Origin: Acidimicrobiales bacterium
GTDB lineage: Bacteria; Actinomycetota; Acidimicrobiia; Acidimicrobiales; SZUA-35
NCBI GenBank assembly: GCA_965216655.1
Contig: CBDCGP010000058.1
Span: 9,593 to 73,592 of the forward strand
Reading direction: 5' to 3'
Length of the DNA: 64,000 nt
Shown: piece by piece, positions 18,819 through 28,743 of the stretch
Position numbering within the stretch: position 1 is the stretch's first letter
How the letters are laid out: each line of letters opens with the position of its first letter
Position numbers and translations under genes: made by a program
Notes under the pieces: generated by a model
Database searches by the model: none
What the model was told of the DNA's origin: nothing
What the model saw: the letters and a program-made list of their open reading frames with translations, nothing else

Positions 18819-21245
18819 ATGCCTCCGTCCACCCAGATCGTCATCCGACCGGACGACCTCCACCGCGCGGCCGCCGACATGGGCGACGGCGCCGACCAGG
18901 TCCGGACGCGACTACGGGTTGTCGGCAGGGCCAGCGCGTCGGTGACGCTCAACAGACACGATCCCGGATTTTCGCCGGCGGGATGCGCGTCGAACCGGGC
19001 GATCATCGACCGGGCACTACAAACGGCCGCCACCGAGATGGACGCCGACTCCGATCTCATGGCCCGCACGGCGGATGAAGCGCTGGCTGGTGATGTCGTC
19101 GGGTCGGCCACCCGGATCGATGAGCTGTCGGCCGAGATTCGCGCCTGGGACGGGAGCGAGAATGATCCCCGGCTCGATGAGCTCGTCCGTCAACGCAATC
19201 AGTTGGTCGCAGGCATCTCCAGCGACGATGGTCCGGTATCCGAGGGGGCGCTGCGTCGCCACGTCGAAGCCGGTGGGTCGATGGCCAAACTCTTCCTCGC
19301 AGCCTCCGGTGGCGACGGGGCCGTGCACGCCGCCACCGAACAGCTGCTGACCGCTGGCCAGTGGAACCGAGCCGATCGCTTCGACACGGCCGCTGCCGTG
19401 GCGCAGCTGATCCTAGCCGACATCGAGGGTGATCAACTTGACCAGTTCGAGGCCCGGGCCGCCGCCGGGCTCGATGTCGGCGTGGCGGCGACCACCACCC
19501 GGCTGGGGCTGGGGCCGCTGTCGGCGGCAGACCTGCTCGGGTTGGCCGATCGAACGACTGCGGCCTTCGAGCCGGGAACTCGAGGGTGGGGCGGTCTGAC
19601 GGCCGAGGATCTGGCGTGGCTGCCGTTGCCGATGCGAGCCGCGCTGGAGCAGCGACGGGACGATCAGAGGGGCGGCAACAGGATCCGGTCGAGCGTGTGG
19701 ATCCCGGCGTTCCGAGGTGGGGCCGATCGCGCGACGACTCAGGTCGAGGTGTTGGCCGAGTTCGGGCGCGCCGGGGTCGACGAGATCACCGGCGGCAAGA
19801 TGTTTGCCGAACAGCTCATCGACTTGGCACTCGGCGATCGAACATCAGCCGATCTTCGGGTACACAGCCGAATCGCGGCAGCGGTCGCCGACCCCGACAC
19901 CGGCCTGAGCCTACCCTTCTACGCCACCCTCACAGCAACCGGAACCGCGGCGCTGCCCGACCTCGTGATGTCGTCGACGTACCCGAGCAGCCGCGTCGCC
20001 GCGTCGACAGACCAAGCCAAGCTCGACACCGTCGGCCAGTACGGACGAGGGCTGGCGGCAGCCGAACGCAGCAGCATGCTCGGCTTCGACGCCGACGACC
20101 TGTTCGCGCACGCCGGCGCTCACAGTCCCGCCTACTACTTCGCCGGCGACGCTCACTTCGACCAGGACTTTGTGATCGACGCGGCCACCGCCGTGCTGTC
20201 CGAATTGTCGCCCGATATGAACGGCCTGGCCGACCCTCGGGCGCTGCTCCTCGATGAGGTCAACGGCCACGGTCTCGACGCCCGCTTGGAGCTTCTCGAT
20301 TCGCTCGAACACAAACTCGGCGACGACTACCTCGCCAACGTGCTGTGGCCACCGGTCCGGATCGAGCCGCTGTCGACCGAGCGCAGACATCCCGTCGGCG
20401 AGCTCATCGCTCCGATCATCAACACCGCCGACGCCCGACCCGATCTGGCCGCGGCCATCATCGAGACAGCCGCCGCTCATACCGACGTGCCCTACCTCGA
20501 GACGGCGAATGTCGTCCAGCATGCGATCATGAGTGACGTCCTCCTCATCGCCCCCGAGCACGGGCCGGTGTTCGGCCGACCCGTCGACATCATGGGACAC
20601 TGCGTCAGCGAGCAGGACATCGTGGATGTGATGGAGCGGGTATTCCTCGCCGGGTCGGGCGGCGACCTTCTCCTCTACATGGGCAGCGCGGTGCCGATGG
20701 TGACCACCGCCGCGTACGAGTCGGGCGGATTGCACGCCATCACCGACGAGTTCCTCGAACTGCAGGGCGAACTGGTCGGCAAGATGAGGGCGGCGTTCGC
20801 CAATGCCCGCCTGACCATCGCCATCGACGCCGACTTCTTGATCGACAACGTGAAGCTGTACGGATCCTCGGTGGCGACGGCGTTTGCGGGGGTCTGGATG
20901 TCGGGGGCGGCGGTGTCTTTGGTCGCCGGGACGGCGTTCAACATCGGTATCGGCCACCTGGCCAACATCCTCGATGCCAACAACGTCGAGAACATGCTCA
21001 ACATTATCCGGCTGGAGGAGGACGGCCAGTCGAGCGAGTACCGGTCACAGGTTGTGCACACACTCGATGATCTGGAGACGCTTCCGGCGGTGACCGGGGC
21101 AATGCTCGACGGCTTCACCAGCAACGTGCGGGTGATGATCGACGGCAAGGACGCCGGCAGCCTGAGCGAATGGCAGGACTCGATCGCCTCGATCGAGAGT
21201 CGCTCTTTTGACCACACGAGTCGTTTTGTTCGCGAGCAGCCCTGA
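18819..21245 (+). CDS. Large hypothetical protein with WXG100-like N-terminal helices
   Basis: GGGAG RBS before ATG 18819; about 808 aa with GC-rich codon usage; N-terminus IVIRPDDLHRAAADM..; hydrophobic stretch near the C-terminus. Confidence 0.7.
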   Translation: MPPSTQIVIRPDDLHRAAADMGDGADQVRTRLRVVGRASASVTLNRHDPGFSPAGCASNRAIIDRALQTAATEMDADSDLMARTADEALAGDVVGSATRIDELSAEIRAWDGSENDPRLDELVRQRNQLVAGISSDDGPVSEGALRRHVEAGGSMAKLFLAASGGDGAVHAATEQLLTAGQWNRADRFDTAAAVAQLILADIEGDQLDQFEARAAAGLDVGVAATTTRLGLGPLSAADLLGLADRTTAAFEPGTRGWGGLTAEDLAWLPLPMRAALEQRRDDQRGGNRIRSSVWIPAFRGGADRATTQVEVLAEFGRAGVDEITGGKMFAEQLIDLALGDRTSADLRVHSRIAAAVADPDTGLSLPFYATLTATGTAALPDLVMSSTYPSSRVAASTDQAKLDTVGQYGRGLAAAERSSMLGFDADDLFAHAGAHSPAYYFAGDAHFDQDFVIDAATAVLSELSPDMNGLADPRALLLDEVNGHGLDARLELLDSLEHKLGDDYLANVLWPPVRIEPLSTERRHPVGELIAPIINTADARPDLAAAIIETAAAHTDVPYLETANVVQHAIMSDVLLIAPEHGPVFGRPVDIMGHCVSEQDIVDVMERVFLAGSGGDLLLYMGSAVPMVTTAAYESGGLHAITDEFLELQGELVGKMRAAFANARLTIAIDADFLIDNVKLYGSSVATAFAGVWMSGAAVSLVAGTAFNIGIGHLANILDANNVENMLNIIRLEEDGQSSEYRSQVVHTLDDLETLPAVTGAMLDGFTSNVRVMIDGKDAGSLSEWQDSIASIESRSFDHTSRFVREQP

Positions 21246-21418
21246 TCGTGGCTCGATATCGGCAAAGGATCTGGCGGTTCAGCCCCAAAATGTGGTTTTC
21301 CACGATGACAGCGGGGCAGGCGGCAAGTACGGTCACCGGTGGTGAGCGGCCGAGAGCCCGGCCGGGAACCAGGCGGTTTAACCACGGCCCGGCACCGGCC
21401 GCTCACCATCCACAAACC

Positions 21419-21444
21419 TACACATATGCCGGGCAGTATGTGTA
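21419..21444. promoter_or_regulatory. Candidate autoregulatory operator of the vapBC pair
   Basis: Inverted repeat TACACATA-N10-TATGTGTA just upstream of the RHH antitoxin start. Confidence 0.55.
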
Positions 21445-21454
21445 TACTCAAGCC

Positions 21455-21664
21455 ATGAGGCGGATACAGATATATATGGACGAGGAACTCGACGACCTCC
21501 TCGAGTCCGATGCCGCCCGCCTCGGTGTGTCCAAGGCGTCGCTCATTCGTGATGCCGTCGCTCAGCGCTACGCCGATCGATCCGTCAATGATCCGGTCGC
21601 AGCGCTCATCGGCGCGTACGACGGCGAGGCCGGAGACTCGGTCGACGACGTCGTCTATCGATAG
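21455..21664 (+). CDS. vapB: CopG/ribbon-helix-helix antitoxin
   Basis: MRRIQIYMDEEL..L...A...GVSKASLIRDAV; directly upstream of a PIN toxin. Confidence 0.82.
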   Translation: MRRIQIYMDEELDDLLESDAARLGVSKASLIRDAVAQRYADRSVNDPVAALIGAYDGEAGDSVDDVVYR

Positions 21665-21674
21665 CACTGCCAGG

Positions 21675-22079
21675 ATGCGGTTCGTCGACACCAGCTTCCT
21701 CGTCGCCCTCTTCCGGGTTCGGGAACGGCACCATGACACGGCGAGACGTCTGTGGGAGGAGGACTCGGGGCCGCTGTTGACCACGGTCGGCGTGCTGGGC
21801 GAGACGTGGACGTTCATGCGACGGCGGGAGCATCATGAGGCGGCGGTTGAGGTGGTTCGAGCGCTGCGAGGTTCGCCTCGGATCTCGATCATCGAAACCG
21901 GCGACGACATCCACGACAAGGCGTGGGCCTGGTTGGAGCGTCACGACGAGCATGAGTATTCGTTCGTCGATGCGGTCAGCTTCGAGGTGATGAGGCGCCG
22001 TCGAATCAAGGAGGCGCTTGCGTTCGACGGCGACTTCGCCCGAGCCGGTTACGTCGAGGTCCGACCGGTCAACAGTTGA
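21675..22079 (+). CDS. vapC: PIN-domain toxin
   Basis: FVDTS.LVAL, VLGET, YSFVDAVSF.VM, ALAFD.DF..AG. Confidence 0.88.
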   Translation: MRFVDTSFLVALFRVRERHHDTARRLWEEDSGPLLTTVGVLGETWTFMRRREHHEAAVEVVRALRGSPRISIIETGDDIHDKAWAWLERHDEHEYSFVDAVSFEVMRRRRIKEALAFDGDFARAGYVEVRPVNS

Positions 22080-22380
22080 CGGCGAACGCCAACGCCTCGC
22101 ACACCTCCCCCACGATTCGTTCATCGAGGGTGGTAATGCGCTCGGTCAAGTGGGCGGTTCGGAGGGCTCGAAGGTTGTCGAGCGTGAGAACGCATTCCGC
22201 GGGCATGCCGTCGGCTTGGCCGAGTCGAACCTCGGTGGGGATGGATCGGATGTTGCGTGTCGCGGGGACGGCCAGTACCTGGTTGAGGACGGCGATGCCT
22301 TCATCCCGGGTCAAGATGAGGTAGGGACGGCGCTTCTCTCCCGGCGCTTCGTGCCACCACATCTCGCCTCGAGCTACCAC
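22069..22380 (-). CDS. mazF: PemK/MazF-family toxin
   Basis: RGEMWW....KRRP.LILTRD, VPAT..IR.IPTEV, LDNL. Confidence 0.88.
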   Translation of the reverse strand: MVARGEMWWHEAPGEKRRPYLILTRDEGIAVLNQVLAVPATRNIRSIPTEVRLGQADGMPAECVLTLDNLRALRTAHLTERITTLDERIVGEVCEALAFAVNC

Positions 22381-22673
22381 TCGACGCCGGCCTCGTCAGC
22401 CTCGAGATCCAACCGTTGGGCAGTCTCGCGGCCGGCACGGTCGTTGGCGGCTTCCAGATCGCCCCATTCATCCGGCGTCTGTGGCGGAAGGCGACGGTAG
22501 CCGTGGACATAGGCTTCGACGGCCCGGGATCGGCGCTGTCCGTCTAGGAACTCGGCAATCGCCTCCCGTATCAGCGCGGATCGGGACACGCTGCGTCGGT
22601 CGGCTTCCTCGTCTAGCGCTGCCACCAGATCATCAGTGAGTTGCACCATGGTCTGCGTGCGAGCCATAGCCAT
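22374..22673 (-). CDS. Ribbon-helix-helix antitoxin
   Basis: TQTMVQLTDDLVAALD..A....SRSALIREA; overlaps the toxin start. Confidence 0.82.
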   Translation of the reverse strand: MAMARTQTMVQLTDDLVAALDEEADRRSVSRSALIREAIAEFLDGQRRSRAVEAYVHGYRRLPPQTPDEWGDLEAANDRAGRETAQRLDLEADEAGVEW

Positions 22674-22708
22674 ATGATAGCCCTATTGCTCACACCGTGG
22701 GGTCGGGC

Positions 22709-23413
22709 TCACTTGGTGTACAGGCTCATCTGCTCGTACGTCGTCTGAGCCAAGGTGTCGATCTGTTCGAACCAGTGACCGAGCGTGTGGGGCGGTTGGC
22801 CATCGACCGGGAGCACCTCGATCTCGTCGGCGTGGTTGTAGATGTCGACGAAGTACTGGAGGCCGGCCTCGTACGACTCAACCGGGTCCGGCGCCGGGCC
22901 GACAACCGGTTCGACTTGGTCGTCGCCGAGCTGGCCGGTCTCGACGAAGATCTGGAGAGCCTCGAACCGAGTGTGGATGTACAGGCTGCGCCGCCACGCT
23001 TCCTTGCGTTCGTCGCTCCAGTCGGCCCGGAACGGATTGTCGTCGAGCTTCCACCGGAAGTCGTCGATGCTGGCCACGAGGTTGGCGGGCTTGGCGGCGA
23101 CCTCGGCCGTCGTATCGACGATCGTGGCGTGGGTTGGAGGCGTGGGAGCCGTGCGCTCCACGTTGGCCACGAGGGTCGACGACTCCGTGACCTCGACGGC
23201 TTCGGAGGTGATTCGCCGATCGGAGCGGTCGTCGGCTGGACCGACAGCCTCGGTGGTCGAACCGGAACCGCAGCCGGCCAACAGCAACACGGCCACCGCA
23301 GCCGTGGCGAGCATGGCGACGAGTCCGAGCCGGTAGCGGACCACGAGACGAGCGGCGAGACTCGGCCGACGGATCGGATGGTTGGACGAGGACACGGGTG
23401 GTGCGGTGGGCAT
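22709..23413 (-). CDS. Hypothetical lipoprotein
   Basis: AGGAG RBS before ATG 23413; hydrophobic stretch ending in lipobox LLAGC. Confidence 0.6.
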   Translation of the reverse strand: MPTAPPVSSSNHPIRRPSLAARLVVRYRLGLVAMLATAAVAVLLLAGCGSGSTTEAVGPADDRSDRRITSEAVEVTESSTLVANVERTAPTPPTHATIVDTTAEVAAKPANLVASIDDFRWKLDDNPFRADWSDERKEAWRRSLYIHTRFEALQIFVETGQLGDDQVEPVVGPAPDPVESYEAGLQYFVDIYNHADEIEVLPVDGQPPHTLGHWFEQIDTLAQTTYEQMSLYTK

Positions 23414-23553
23414 GGAGGTTCTCCTGGTAAATCGACGGTTCACCAGGACCAACGCCTGAGATGCGGTCGCGTGACGGTTCGCCATAGTGTTGTCACCGGA
23501 CCGGGGCGCGGCTGCATGGCCGATGGCCGAACAACGGAAGGACCTCACTCTCG

Positions 23554-24414
23554 ATGAAACACCAGCCCGCCACGCCGATGGCGGCGACGGACACGCGGGA
23601 TCGGATCGTGTCCACCGCCGCAGACGCCGCCAACCCCGTCGTCTTCCTCGACTTCGACGGTGTGCTGTCGGAGATGGTCGACGATCCAGAGGCGGCGGTC
23701 CCAATCCCGGGGACGCTCGACGCCTTGGCCGCCCTGATCGAGGTGGGCGTTCAGGTGGTGATCGTGTCGAGTCGTGACCTCGAGTTCCTGCGGAGGCGGT
23801 TCGGGTCGATGAACGGTGTGACGCTCAGCGGATCGGCGGGCTTGGAGACGATGGCGGATGGCGACTACGTTCCCGACCCCGATGCCGTTGACCTCGCCGG
23901 CCGGATCGACGCCGCCGAGGAGGAGGCACGCGAACTCGCTCCCGATGGCCTGCGGGTCGAACGTAAGACGTTCTCGCTGAGCCTGCACTTCCGCCGAGCG
24001 CCACATCTCGAGGACGAGGCGATCCGCCTCGGGACGCTGCTCGCCGAACGGCACCATCTGATGGACGGGCTCGGGCGCCAGGTGGTCGAGCTACGGCTCC
24101 CGCTCGACCGCTCCAAGGGCACCGCCATTCGTGACCGCCTTGACCACCTCGGCGCCGAGCGGATCGTCGACTGGGCGATGTTCGCCGGCGACGACGAACC
24201 GGACCTGGCCGGCTTCGCCGAGCTTCACGGGCAAAGCGAGGCCGACCCGTCATTCAACGGATTCGCCATCGGGGTCGTAGGAACGGGCTCGGAGCAACCG
24301 GAGGGGTTCACGGACGCAGTCGACCTCTTGGTCGATGGTCCAATAGATCTCCAGAATCTGCTCGGCGACATCAAGACAGCGCGACCACCCTCGTCGACCG
24401 ACCGTGGGACGTGA
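23554..24414 (+). CDS. otsB: Trehalose-6-phosphate phosphatase (HAD IIB)
   Basis: FLDFDGVLS, IVSSR, VE.K..SLSLHFR, VVELR..SKGTA, AGDD..D. Confidence 0.85.
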   Translation: MKHQPATPMAATDTRDRIVSTAADAANPVVFLDFDGVLSEMVDDPEAAVPIPGTLDALAALIEVGVQVVIVSSRDLEFLRRRFGSMNGVTLSGSAGLETMADGDYVPDPDAVDLAGRIDAAEEEARELAPDGLRVERKTFSLSLHFRRAPHLEDEAIRLGTLLAERHHLMDGLGRQVVELRLPLDRSKGTAIRDRLDHLGAERIVDWAMFAGDDEPDLAGFAELHGQSEADPSFNGFAIGVVGTGSEQPEGFTDAVDLLVDGPIDLQNLLGDIKTARPPSSTDRGT

Positions 24415-24488
24415 CGGATAACGTGGTGACAGCAACTCGATCGAGAGGTGGACTGCAGCTCGGCGGGTAGCAGAGGGGAGGGCAACCC

Positions 24489-26486
24489 TTGGCACAGAAA
24501 TCGCCGGAAACGGCTGGGTGGTTCTTCACCCCGCAGCGTCCGCAGTACAAGAGCCGCGAGGCGTTCCAGGGACAGTTCTTCGCGACGCCGTCGATCGAGA
24601 CGGTGGCCGACTCGGTGGTGCGGGAAGCCGTGCAGAACACGTTGGACGCCCACGATCGCATGTCGGAACGGCCCCGCATCGTGTTCCGTCTGCACTCGTC
24701 GCCCGGACTCCCGGCCGCCGAGGTCGCCCCGTTCCTCGACGGTCTGTGGCCGCACCTCGACGCGTGTCGGGAAGGGGCCGCCGATCTGGCGGAGGAGTCG
24801 TGCTGCCGAACGCTGGTCATCGAGGACTTCAACACCAGGGGCCTGGTCGGCGACCCGGCCCGCTGGCGGGAGCCCGAGGATCGGAAGACCAACGACTTCT
24901 ACTACTTCTTCCGGGCCGAGGGGAAGTCGTCGAAATCGGGGGCGACCCGGGGCAGCTGGGGCATCGGCAAGTTCACCTTCGTACAGGCGAGCGAGGTCAA
25001 CACGTTCTTCGGGTTCACCCACCGGATCGGTCCGGCCAACCAACCCGGCGGCGTCGGACCACTGGTGATGGGCGAGGCGATCATGACGTCGCATCTGCTC
25101 GACGGCGAGGCCTACACGCCGGACGGGTGGTGGGCGGTCAACGCCTTGATCGACGACTTCGAGACGCCGATGCCGGCGACATCGTCCGGGCAGTCCGAGC
25201 AGTCCGAGCAGTCCGATCAGCCTGAGCAATCTCAGCAGGTGGCCCGGTTCGAGGAGGTGTTCAAGCTCGACCGTGAGGGCCGGCCCGGCCTATCGGTGGT
25301 CGTGCCGTATGTGCGGCGGGAGATGGACGGCGAGGCGCTGCGTCGAGCCATCGTCAAGAACTATGCGGTGGCGGTGTCGCAGGGTTTGATCGAGATCGAG
25401 CTGGTGGTCGAGGGCACGAGGCTGTACTTCAACACCGCCACGATCGACGCCGCCGTCCAGGCGCTCGACGACGGTGAGCTGATGAGCGAGGTGCGGGCTC
25501 ACCTGGATCTGGTGCGGCTGGCCGGTGGCGGTCCGGCCGCCTTGACCGCGTCGTTGTCGCCGACTGTCGTCGAGGTGACGGAGCTGTCGGCCGAGAACCG
25601 GTGGAAGGCCGAGGACCTTCCGATCGAGATCCGACAGGAGTTGATGACGGCGCAGGCGTCGGGTCGTCCGTTCGTGGTGCGGGTCCCGGTGGCGGTCGAG
25701 CCCAAGGACGGCGAGCGTTCGGTCGGGGTGGCGGTGGTGGCGTTCACCCCGTCGAGTTCGCCGGCGGCCGCCTACTATCGGGGCGGGCTGCGGATCTCGG
25801 AGGTCAGCGGGCGGGCCATCCACGGCTACCAGGCGATCGTGTTGACCGGCACCGATGCGCTGGCTGCGTTCCTCGGTGACGCCGAGGGGCCGTCGCACGT
25901 GAACTGGAGCGCCCGAACCGAGCGGTTCTCCGGCAAGTACGCGCACGGTCTGAACCTCCTGGCAGCCATCAAGAATCTCCCCTCCGAGCTGCTGCGGGCC
26001 GGCCGCACCACCGAGAACAACATCGACCGTGACCTGGCCATCAATTTCTTCCGGCGGCCTCGGGAGGAGCCGCCGGTGCGTCCGGTCAAGGGTGATGACG
26101 AGGAGGGCGGTGAGGGTTCGGCTGACGTTGAGGTTGACGCCGAATCGAGCAAGGTCCGGTTCGTGATCGCCCGGATCCAGGGTGGGTTTCGGGCCACGGT
26201 GCCGCCCGAGGTCGGGATTGGCACGGAGTTCACGGTGCGCTGCGCATACGGGGTGCGGGCGGGGAATCCTTTGAAGCGCTGGTCAGTGGCCGACTTCGAT
26301 CTGGCCGAGTTGCCGGTCGTGGCCAAGGGATGCGACGTGGCCCGGTGCGAGGGCAACACGCTGAGCGGCATGATCACCGACGTCGACGAGTTCCGGGTCG
26401 AGGTGGTCGGGTTCGACGGCATCAGGGATCTGTTCATCGACGCCGTGCTGGTGGACGAGCCGGCCGATGCGGAGGCGCTGGGGTGA
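24489..26486 (+). CDS. Hypothetical protein with N-terminal GHKL (HATPase)-like domain
   Basis: GHKL-type boxes VREAVQNTLDA (N-box), IEDFNTRGL (G1) and GSWGIGK (G2); long uncharacterised C-terminus. Confidence 0.72.
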   Translation: MAQKSPETAGWFFTPQRPQYKSREAFQGQFFATPSIETVADSVVREAVQNTLDAHDRMSERPRIVFRLHSSPGLPAAEVAPFLDGLWPHLDACREGAADLAEESCCRTLVIEDFNTRGLVGDPARWREPEDRKTNDFYYFFRAEGKSSKSGATRGSWGIGKFTFVQASEVNTFFGFTHRIGPANQPGGVGPLVMGEAIMTSHLLDGEAYTPDGWWAVNALIDDFETPMPATSSGQSEQSEQSDQPEQSQQVARFEEVFKLDREGRPGLSVVVPYVRREMDGEALRRAIVKNYAVAVSQGLIEIELVVEGTRLYFNTATIDAAVQALDDGELMSEVRAHLDLVRLAGGGPAALTASLSPTVVEVTELSAENRWKAEDLPIEIRQELMTAQASGRPFVVRVPVAVEPKDGERSVGVAVVAFTPSSSPAAAYYRGGLRISEVSGRAIHGYQAIVLTGTDALAAFLGDAEGPSHVNWSARTERFSGKYAHGLNLLAAIKNLPSELLRAGRTTENNIDRDLAINFFRRPREEPPVRPVKGDDEEGGEGSADVEVDAESSKVRFVIARIQGGFRATVPPEVGIGTEFTVRCAYGVRAGNPLKRWSVADFDLAELPVVAKGCDVARCEGNTLSGMITDVDEFRVEVVGFDGIRDLFIDAVLVDEPADAEALG

Positions 26487-27246
26487 GGCGGCTCAACTAC
26501 ACGGGCCGGGTGCGGATCGCCCATCATCACGTGGAGGCTCGGGGCACGGTGGTCGACGAGCGGCCGGTGGCCCGGGTTGACCTCGACCTCGCCACCCTCA
26601 ACTTCGAGCCGACCGCTGCGGTGTTCGTGGAGTTCTACCGGCGGACGACGTTCGTGCGTCGTCCCGCCGGGTCGGTCGCCGACCATCAGCCGGTCGTCTA
26701 CCAGTTCGACGAGTTCGGCGATCCAGCCGGGGTGCTGGTGAGGGTGAAGGTGGTGGCCACCGGTGGCGGTGGTGGCGCGGGACGGCTGCTGGGTGTCGCC
26801 GACCGGGTTCGGATCGAATGGGACGAATCGGCCGGCGGTGGGACGGTCGGTTCGCTGTTGCCGTTCCGGTCGGAGAACCTTGGGTCCCTGGTCTGGGATC
26901 TGGATCTCTACGACCAACCGGTGGTTCTCATCAACGAGGATCTGGCCGACTGGAACGACTTCGCCCGCTCGGAGCAGTTCGTCGCCATCGCCTACCCGGA
27001 GATCCTGCGCCGGGTGGCGGTGTGGGCGGCCCGTTCGATCGACGACGAGGGCCCGGCCGGCGAGTGGCGCGAGTTTCTGACCGACCTGACGGGGGCGCCG
27101 ATCCCCTTCGACCCGGACGCCGACGAGGAGATCGTGGCGGCATGGGCGCGTGAGTGCGTCGACCGGTTCGCCGACCAACATCGCATGCTCGAATGGTACG
27201 GGCGGTTGGGGGTTCGGCGTCAACCGGCTCGGGGCGGGGTGGCTGA
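26483..27246 (+). CDS. Hypothetical protein, second gene of the GHKL operon (3' end frameshifted)
   Basis: GTG overlaps the upstream TGA (GTGA). The natural stop appears to be TGA 27244-27246, just before the next ATG, which needs one frameshift near 27210. Confidence 0.6.
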
Positions 27247-27247
27247 C

Positions 27248-27998
27248 ATGCCGCAGCTTCTCCGCCGTTTCAGCGGTGACGCAATGCGTGAGCTGCGTCG
27301 AGAATTCGATCGCTTCTCGACGATCGGCTACGGCGATCTTGGATGCACTGCTGTCAGACGAAACGGCCGCTGCCGTCGTCAACCCTCAGATCGAGATCGA
27401 GATCCACCACCACCGGTCCCGCTTCGAGCTGGCCGACTATCTCTGGCACGCCTTGTACCCGCTGCACAACGGGATCGGGTCGCTGATTCTGGGAGACGCG
27501 GGTTTGTGGACGTGGCTGGCGGTCGCCCACATGGAAGTGATCGCTCCACTTAGTGGTGGCAGCCGCCGAATCGGCGAGGTGGCGAGGTGGATTGTGGGCG
27601 GTGGCGACGATCGGACCGGATTCAGTCGTCATCTCATGGTCGGCCCGTTCTCGGCCTACGCCGCCCACGCCGACGGGCCGGAGCGGGCGATGTGCGTGCT
27701 CGGCGGCCGAATGGCGCAGTTCTCGGGCCTGGCCCGCGAGCTGTCGGGTCGACGCGATCTCCTGGTGTCACCGGCGGTGATGGCAGTGGCCACCGAGCTC
27801 TACGTGAACCCGCTGACCGGCCTACCTCGCCGAGGCTCGGCCCAACGCTCGGCGACGGGCAACTTCTACCGCTTCGTCCAAGTCATGGCCCAACTCGACC
27901 TCGTCTACGATCTCCACTCGATCTCAGCCGATGGCTTGCGGTCGCTGCTACCACCGGAGTTCGACCACTGGAAGGCACAGGGCGGCCGGGCGGCATAG
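27248..27998 (+). CDS. Hypothetical protein (DUF6339-like), one frameshift near 27341
   Basis: ATG 27248 MPQLLRRFS.. joins the LDALLSDE.. frame; contains DAGLWTWLA, RHL..GP and RF..V..QLDL.YDL.S motifs. Confidence 0.55.
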
Positions 27999-28013
27999 TG
28001 GTTCGTGGCCGCG

Positions 28014-28355
28014 TTACCAGATGTTGAGCAGCGTCTTGACGATGTCGTGCACGTCGAGCGCCACCTGCTGGTCGACGACGCCGAGTCGATGGATGAGTCG
28101 ACGCCGGTTGACCGACCGGATGAGTTCGCATTGGGCGTAGCTGGTGTCGGTGAGCCCGTTGGTCTCGCTTGGCTCGACCTCGACGTGGATCGATAGCTCT
28201 CGATTCGTGGAGGTGAGTGGCACGACGATGGTGAACGGAAAGCCCGGCCCGAAGTCGGACGGCGGTCCGAGGATCAGTGCCGGGCGATGGTAGGCCGGAT
28301 CGCCGGGATAGGGATCGCCGAAGTCAACGAGCCACAGTTCGTCAGGTGAGCCCAT
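28014..28355 (-). CDS. mazF: PemK/MazF-family toxin
   Basis: ELWLVDFGDP..G..A..RPALI, VVPLTS, SYAQCE.IRSV..RL..RLG. Confidence 0.88.
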   Translation of the reverse strand: MGSPDELWLVDFGDPYPGDPAYHRPALILGPPSDFGPGFPFTIVVPLTSTNRELSIHVEVEPSETNGLTDTSYAQCELIRSVNRRRLIHRLGVVDQQVALDVHDIVKTLLNIW

Positions 28356-28578
28356 CGGCAACGGCGCTGTCGGCTTCGGCGACGTAGGCGGCCCACGCCT
28401 CCGGATCGTCGCGCAGCCGATCGATCTCGCCGGCCACTGTTCGAGCCAGCCGCTGCCGTCTCAGCGCCTCTGCCGCCGCCCCAACCGTGTCGGTCAAGGA
28501 ATCGCCGGTCGAGCGACTGAGCTCCAGCAACCGAGCGTGGGTCTCGACGTCGACTCGAATGGTCGTGGTCTTGCTCAT
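28342..28578 (-). CDS. Putative antitoxin
   Basis: TTTIRV...TH.RL..L, small acidic C-terminus; overlaps the toxin start. Confidence 0.75.
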   Translation of the reverse strand: MSKTTTIRVDVETHARLLELSRSTGDSLTDTVGAAAEALRRQRLARTVAGEIDRLRDDPEAWAAYVAEADSAVADGLT

Positions 28579-28596
28579 GGTTTGATGGTAGACGTC

Positions 28597-28615
28597 TGTA
28601 GACATTCTGTCTACA
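28597..28615. promoter_or_regulatory. Candidate TA operator
   Basis: Perfect inverted repeat TGTAGACA-TTC-TGTCTACA plus an extra GTAGAC half-site at 28588, just upstream of the antitoxin ATG. Confidence 0.55.
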
Positions 28616-28743
28616 ACCTCCTGAAGATGTCAACGCTGTTCCGCATGGCTCGGATTGGGCAGATTCCTCTACAACGCTCCCGGACGTATTTCGTGACGAT
28701 CGTGAGCACACGGGTTGCTACGGTGGTTGGCGAGAGGCCAGTC

